Shown: in pieces, positions 46,316 to 49,850 of the stretch | Layout: every line of letters starts with the position of its first letter | How positions within the stretch are numbered: position 1 is the first letter of the stretch | Origin: an uncultured Desulfobacteraceae bacterium | GTDB taxonomy: Bacteria; Desulfobacterota; Desulfobacteria; Desulfobacterales; UBA11574 | Assembly (NCBI GenBank): GCA_964502855.1 | Contig: CAZDAB010000001.1 | Coordinates: 1 to 49,850, forward strand | Length of the DNA stretch: 49,850 nucleotides | Direction of reading: 5' to 3' | Notes under the pieces: generated by a model | What the model was told of the DNA's origin: nothing | The model's input: only the letters and a program-made list of their open reading frames with translations | Databases searched by the model: none | Translations under genes and position numbers: made by a program

Positions 46316-48610
46316 TTACTTATTATTCTCTTTTTCGCCGGTAACGCTTTTTCCCGGAAGGATAAGAAGGGTCTCTTCCAGGAATTCGTCTGGTTCTGAC
46401 GGTTCAGCTTTTTTATGTTCACGGGTCGTCATTTCATCCGGCACACTGCCGCCTTTTATGGTGTCTTCAGGTCCTGAATTTTGCCGGGAAGGACTCGGGG
46501 GGACCTCAGAACATCCTAATGAGCCCTGCTCGGGGGAGATAATGACGGTTTCCGGAAGATCGTCTTCCTCAGGCGGAGATGATGGCGGCACATTTTGTCC
46601 CAAGCCATCCGGTGAAAAAATAACCGTATCTTCCATATCTTCATCATAGTGATCAAGTTTGTCAGCTGTTCCCGGTGGTTCCAGCCCTTCAGGCGTTAAT
46701 ATTAGAGTTTCATCCAAATCGTTTTCCGGAACCGGAGGCGCCTCGCCCGGTTCTTCTTTTTGTTCAATGCCGGTTAATTTTTCTGCCAATTTATCATCTG
46801 AAGAAATGATGACGGTTTGAAACACATCGGAATCTTCTTCAAAATCAGGCGCTGTTTTATCGTCTGTAGTGTCGTCTATTTCCGGCAAAACACGGCTTAT
46901 TTCCAAATCATCCGATGACGTTTCCTCCTCTTCTTGCCGGGTATTCATAATTTTCTTCAGTATATTATAAATGATTTTATCGTTGGCTTCAGATTCTTCA
47001 GCGGGGACAGAGGGTTCTGTTGAAAACAGGCGGTCCTTTATTTCTTGTCTGAGTTGCTCCAGCTCATGTCCGAATTCCTCTATCGACCTATCTCTTGAGC
47101 CAAGCATGCTGACCTCAAAAAAATGGAACCCCAAGCCCAGCGACGCTTTCCAGAATTTATGCCAATCCTGTTTAACAGATAATATATCGGGATTGAAAAA
47201 AATATTTTCAGGAGATAACACCTCAAGAAACCCGGATTCCAGATAATTTTCAAAGTTTGCATCATCCTGGGTTTTAATCTTCTCCATAACCTCTCCCAGA
47301 ACAGGATATACCTGGGAGACATCCTGTTTTCTGTTGACAAGCAGCGTATAAAACCAGATGAACCCCAAAAGATGAAAACCGTATGATCGGGGCAATTGCG
47401 GAATTGATGTAGACGGCAGGTCGGAGCCGATTACGTCGAATAACTCCACCTTGAAATTCCAGAAACACGGAAGCAGACTGTTTTGATCGGACAGGTTGAC
47501 CCAGATTCTATCCATGGATAATCCAAACTCGGGATACTGGAAACTATCGAGTCCTGAAAAAATAGCCTTTATAAGTTCACCAAGGAAAGAGAGTTTTAAA
47601 TACAATACTTCCAGGAAATATCGATCTTCATTTTGAAAGAAAAAGGGCGTGTGAATAGATCGTTTCTGTTTTAAACCTTTCAGACAGTTTAATCTGCCCG
47701 ACTGTTGTTTTTCTTTGAGACGGTCTTCTGTCTCTTTAAATGAGGCACCTGAAATTAAAGATAAAAAATCGAGCCCATTGACCAAACCGGCTTTAAAAAT
47801 CAGCATATAAAAAGGATAAAAAGACAAGGGAACGATTCTCGAAACCGCGAGACCGTCGGGACCGTAGCACTCTTGATGCCTGATGCAATTTACACATGGC
47901 AATTGACCGGCAAAATTTTTATTTCCGTTTAATTGATGAAATTTTTTTATTAATTCGTATCGATCTTTTAAAAATGCCGGATCGTTGTCATCCAATGAGG
48001 ATACATAAAAATCGGGTTTTTCCTTTGAACCGGTGCATGACGGACAAAACAGATAGCGTTTGAGAGACTCGGAATAAGGCCGGAGTCCATATCCCTGAAG
48101 CATGCTGTCATTATAACATTGTTGTAAAACCATACCACAATTTGGGCACAAAGGGTGAAAATAGGCCTGCTTAAATTTACAATAAAGTAACGGCTGAAAC
48201 GGAAGCAGTGCTCCGTTTTTATCGATCTGATCTTTTAATATCAAGGGAGCAGAGCCGGATTTTTCACGGGAATAAAAGGTAAATGCGTTCTGCCAGTACC
48301 GGTCAATCGCCCGGTTGTCAAGAGGCCAAAGTTCATCTCTCGACAGAGAATGTTCATCTTTCTGAATCAATAAAAATACCGGTTCAATATTCGTTCCGGC
48401 ATCCGTTTTAATCCTTGCTTCAATGATACGTGCAAAGGGTCCTGATTCGGATACAACCCAAAAAGGCAAGGAGGATTTTTGATGGATAGAATCATCCGGA
48501 TCGCCAACCGATACTTTTATATGAAATTTAGTTCCATCAGTCTTTAGATAGGGAATCAGAGAGGGTGTCTTTATTATATCAATTATATCATTCACTCTGA
48601 AATTCCTCAT
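46316..48610 (-). CDS. operon-leading 764-aa protein of unknown family: N-terminal ~540 aa with Cys-pair zinc-ribbon motifs, then a C-terminal acidic/Pro-rich tail with five T-x-x-(I/L/F) motifs
   Basis: Long uninterrupted ORF. It is the first gene of the co-directional T6SS gene train. CPNCG...CPSCTG and CVNC...EC cysteine pairs. The tail motifs are listed in the findings. Confidence 0.7.
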   Translation of the reverse strand: MRNFRVNDIIDIIKTPSLIPYLKTDGTKFHIKVSVGDPDDSIHQKSSLPFWVVSESGPFARIIEARIKTDAGTNIEPVFLLIQKDEHSLSRDELWPLDNRAIDRYWQNAFTFYSREKSGSAPLILKDQIDKNGALLPFQPLLYCKFKQAYFHPLCPNCGMVLQQCYNDSMLQGYGLRPYSESLKRYLFCPSCTGSKEKPDFYVSSLDDNDPAFLKDRYELIKKFHQLNGNKNFAGQLPCVNCIRHQECYGPDGLAVSRIVPLSFYPFYMLIFKAGLVNGLDFLSLISGASFKETEDRLKEKQQSGRLNCLKGLKQKRSIHTPFFFQNEDRYFLEVLYLKLSFLGELIKAIFSGLDSFQYPEFGLSMDRIWVNLSDQNSLLPCFWNFKVELFDVIGSDLPSTSIPQLPRSYGFHLLGFIWFYTLLVNRKQDVSQVYPVLGEVMEKIKTQDDANFENYLESGFLEVLSPENIFFNPDILSVKQDWHKFWKASLGLGFHFFEVSMLGSRDRSIEEFGHELEQLRQEIKDRLFSTEPSVPAEESEANDKIIYNILKKIMNTRQEEEETSSDDLEISRVLPEIDDTTDDKTAPDFEEDSDVFQTVIISSDDKLAEKLTGIEQKEEPGEAPPVPENDLDETLILTPEGLEPPGTADKLDHYDEDMEDTVIFSPDGLGQNVPPSSPPEEDDLPETVIISPEQGSLGCSEVPPSPSRQNSGPEDTIKGGSVPDEMTTREHKKAEPSEPDEFLEETLLILPGKSVTGEKENNK

Positions 48611-48708
48611 TCGTTAGAAAAAGATCCGGTGTGGAAACGATTTGTTAAACTTTTTTATTGATGTTTTTGTTGCTGATTTTATTTAAAAAAACATCTTTCA
48701 TATAGTTA

Positions 48709-48737
48709 AATTTATTATAATTATATATATTTGTCAA
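48709..48737 (-). promoter_or_regulatory. candidate sigma70-type promoter for the T6SS gene train
   Basis: On the minus strand: TTGACA (48737-48732), a 17-nt AT-rich spacer, then TAAATT, about 100 nt upstream of ATG 48610. This is a consensus match only. Confidence 0.25.
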
Positions 48738-48840
48738 GAATCTTATTAAAAGATGCAGATGAGCCTATCTTTTGGATCTTCTTGTTTGCACACACATAGG
48801 TTGTATGATATTTTTAATACCAAAGATTGGAGGATCTCTG

Positions 48841-48885
48841 ATGAGACGTACGAATATCGTACTCGATGATAAACTAGGGTTTTAA
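48841..48885 (+). pseudogene. remnant of a VapB-like antitoxin N-terminus (14 codons, then a stop)
   Basis: MRRTNIVLDDKLGF* resembles the MRTNIxLDDxL N-terminus common in VapB-type antitoxins. It is truncated and has no partner toxin ORF. Confidence 0.3.
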
Positions 48886-49046
48886 AATTTAACAATATTT
48901 CACCCATACCCGTTACTGATTTTTCATTGGATCTAACCTATACCCTTACCGGAGCGCCGACGGGTATTTATAAGTTCCAAACAACGGTCAATGATAAAAA
49001 TTCAGCCAAGAGCACCCAATTTGATACTAAAATAGAAATAAGATAA
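48885..49046 (+). pseudogene. start-less C-terminal fragment of a beta-sandwich (Ig-like?) protein
   Basis: An open frame reads ...[41 protein letters not shown] with no ATG. The G-x-Y-x-F...V-x-D pattern is typical of Ig-like domain ends. Confidence 0.25.
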
Positions 49047-49062
49047 TCCCAATTCAGATAGA

Positions 49063-49263
49063 ATGAGTATCCATCATATTCATCAGCCCAAAGAATCAAA
49101 CAATCAGACATATTCGTCGAATCAGCGCAACTTGTTGATTGCCTTATTAATCACGGCCATTGTCATGATCGCTGAAATAATCGGTGGCCTTCTGGCCAAC
49201 AGCCTCGCCTTGCTCAGCGATGCCGGGCATATGTTAACCGACATAAACTTTAGCTCACTTTAA
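49063..49263 (+). pseudogene. truncated cation diffusion facilitator (CzcD/ZitB-like) gene; only TM1-TM2 are retained
   Basis: [38 protein letters not shown] is the conserved CDF N-terminus. Similarity stops at ~49242, exactly where a 17-bp tandem repeat begins, and a stop codon follows at 49261. Confidence 0.6.
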
Positions 49264-49277
49264 ACTTTAGTTCACTT
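49244..49277. repeat. 17-bp tandem direct repeat at the CDF truncation point
   Basis: taaactttagctcactt / taaactttagttcactt (one mismatch), followed by a partial third copy, caaact. Confidence 0.7.
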
Positions 49278-49432
49278 CAAACTCTTGCAGCGATTCTTCA
49301 GGCAGAGCCATAGAACTCTGACCCCCGCAATGCGGGACAGGCATGGCCCAGAGGAACAGGTTTTTCAAAGCAAAATAAAAAGGTCTCTCGAAAATTTTCA
49401 TGAAATATTCGGGTTAATGGGATGGGAAAACA

Positions 49433-49850
49433 ATGGTCATTAAATTTAACGTTCTCTTTTATAGCTCTATTGCCGGGTTATCAACCATTTTGGGAATTAT
49501 ACTCGTACTCCTTAATGAGAGGCTGGTTCTTAAATACTCCCATTATGTGAATTCCTTTGCTGCAGGGTTAATTTTGGGGGTTGCTTTTTTTCATCTCTTT
49601 CCCGAATCACTGGAACTTTCTAAAAACGCGTTACTCTTTATATTAATAGGTTTTCTTGTCTTTTACTTGCTGGAAAATGTGATGGTACTCCATTCGGGCT
49701 CTGAAATCCATTTTAAGGGAAAAAAGAGTTCTCGCCATGCTAAAGGCAAAGTCATGTTCTCCGGCCTTTTTTTTCACTCTTTAATTGATGGGATCATTAT
49801 CGGGAGAGGTTTTGAAATAGATTTTAAGTTGGGGTTGCTAACTTCCTTGG
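49433..49850 (+). CDS. ZIP-family (ZupT/GufA-like) metal cation transporter; the 3' end lies outside the window
   Basis: My own translation from ATG 49433: MVIKFNVLFYSSIAGLSTILGIILVLL...AAGLILGVAFFHLFPES...FFHSLIDGIIIG. Contains the ZIP HSxxDG motif and is open to the window end. Confidence 0.8.
   Translation, partial: MVIKFNVLFYSSIAGLSTILGIILVLLNERLVLKYSHYVNSFAAGLILGVAFFHLFPESLELSKNALLFILIGFLVFYLLENVMVLHSGSEIHFKGKKSSRHAKGKVMFSGLFFHSLIDGIIIGRGFEIDFKLGLLTSL

Noticed and set aside
46349-46355. Slippery-looking heptamer G GGA AAA near the end of the 764-aa ORF, as a programmed -1 frameshift site
   Set aside because: The -1 frame runs into a stop within about ten codons and does not enter the TagH-like frame, which is +1. 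Only an indel or a +1 event could fuse the ORFs; this is reported separately as a low-confidence finding.
21044-48610. Possibility that the contractile-system genes represent an eCIS/PVC-like or phage tail cluster rather than a T6SS, prompted by the DUF4157 protein
   Set aside because: The membrane complex genes tssJ/tssL/tssM, together with tssK, tssA, clpV, tagF and tagJ, are T6SS-specific. No tail-fibre, tape-measure or Afp-type baseplate genes are seen.

Overview
Overview: this is a chromosomal segment with no rRNA, tRNA, CRISPR array, transposase or integrase that I can recognise. Protein motifs and the moderate GC content suggest a deltaproteobacterial (Desulfobacterota-like) anaerobe, but that is inference only. 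All family calls come from reading motifs in the supplied translations. No searches were run.

Layout:
- 1-3.3 kb: the 3' end of a CBM48-like gene, two orphan ORFs in a visibly AT-rich stretch, a 6TM voltage-gated K+ channel, and a hairpin-rich repeat region.
- 3.3-11.1 kb: a cell-envelope and exopolysaccharide modification block. It holds a secreted trypsin-like protease, an AlgI-like MBOAT, an AlgJ-like/SASA-esterase fusion, a TPR/2xLysM lipoprotein and a CE4 deacetylase lipoprotein.
- 11.2-20.9 kb: a Ser/Thr phospho-signalling block. It holds a redox-dead thioredoxin-fold/TPR protein, a PEGA-domain kinase, a PP2C phosphatase, a second kinase with an N-terminal sensor domain, a kinase-less paralogue of that sensor, a dual-FHA protein and an FHA-TM-lytic transglycosylase fusion.
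- 21.0-48.6 kb: a complete type VI secretion system (T6SSi-like), entirely on the minus strand. In transcription order: orphan 764-aa Zn-ribbon protein, FHA-less TagH-like protein, tssJ, tssK, tssL, tssM, tagF, tagJ, tssA, tssB, tssC, hcp, tssE, tssF, tssG, clpV, DUF4157 toxin-like protein, TssB-TssC fused sheath paralogue, vgrG, DUF4123 adaptor, small ORF, DUF4280 PAAR-like protein.
- 48.6-49.85 kb: decayed gene remnants, a truncated CDF transporter and the 5' part of a ZIP metal transporter.

Most interesting observations:
- A single-chain TssB-linker-TssC sheath paralogue that lacks the TssC C-terminal ~115 aa and sits next to vgrG.
- An apparent rewiring of the T6SS threonine-phosphorylation pathway. 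The gene at the fha1-syntenic position has no FHA domain. FHA domains instead sit on a membrane-anchored lytic transglycosylase and on a dual-FHA protein.
- The operon-leading orphan protein carries five acidic T-x-x-(I/L/F) motifs that look like phospho-Thr FHA ligands.
- A DUF4157 (eCIS-type cargo marker) toxin candidate with no visible immunity gene.
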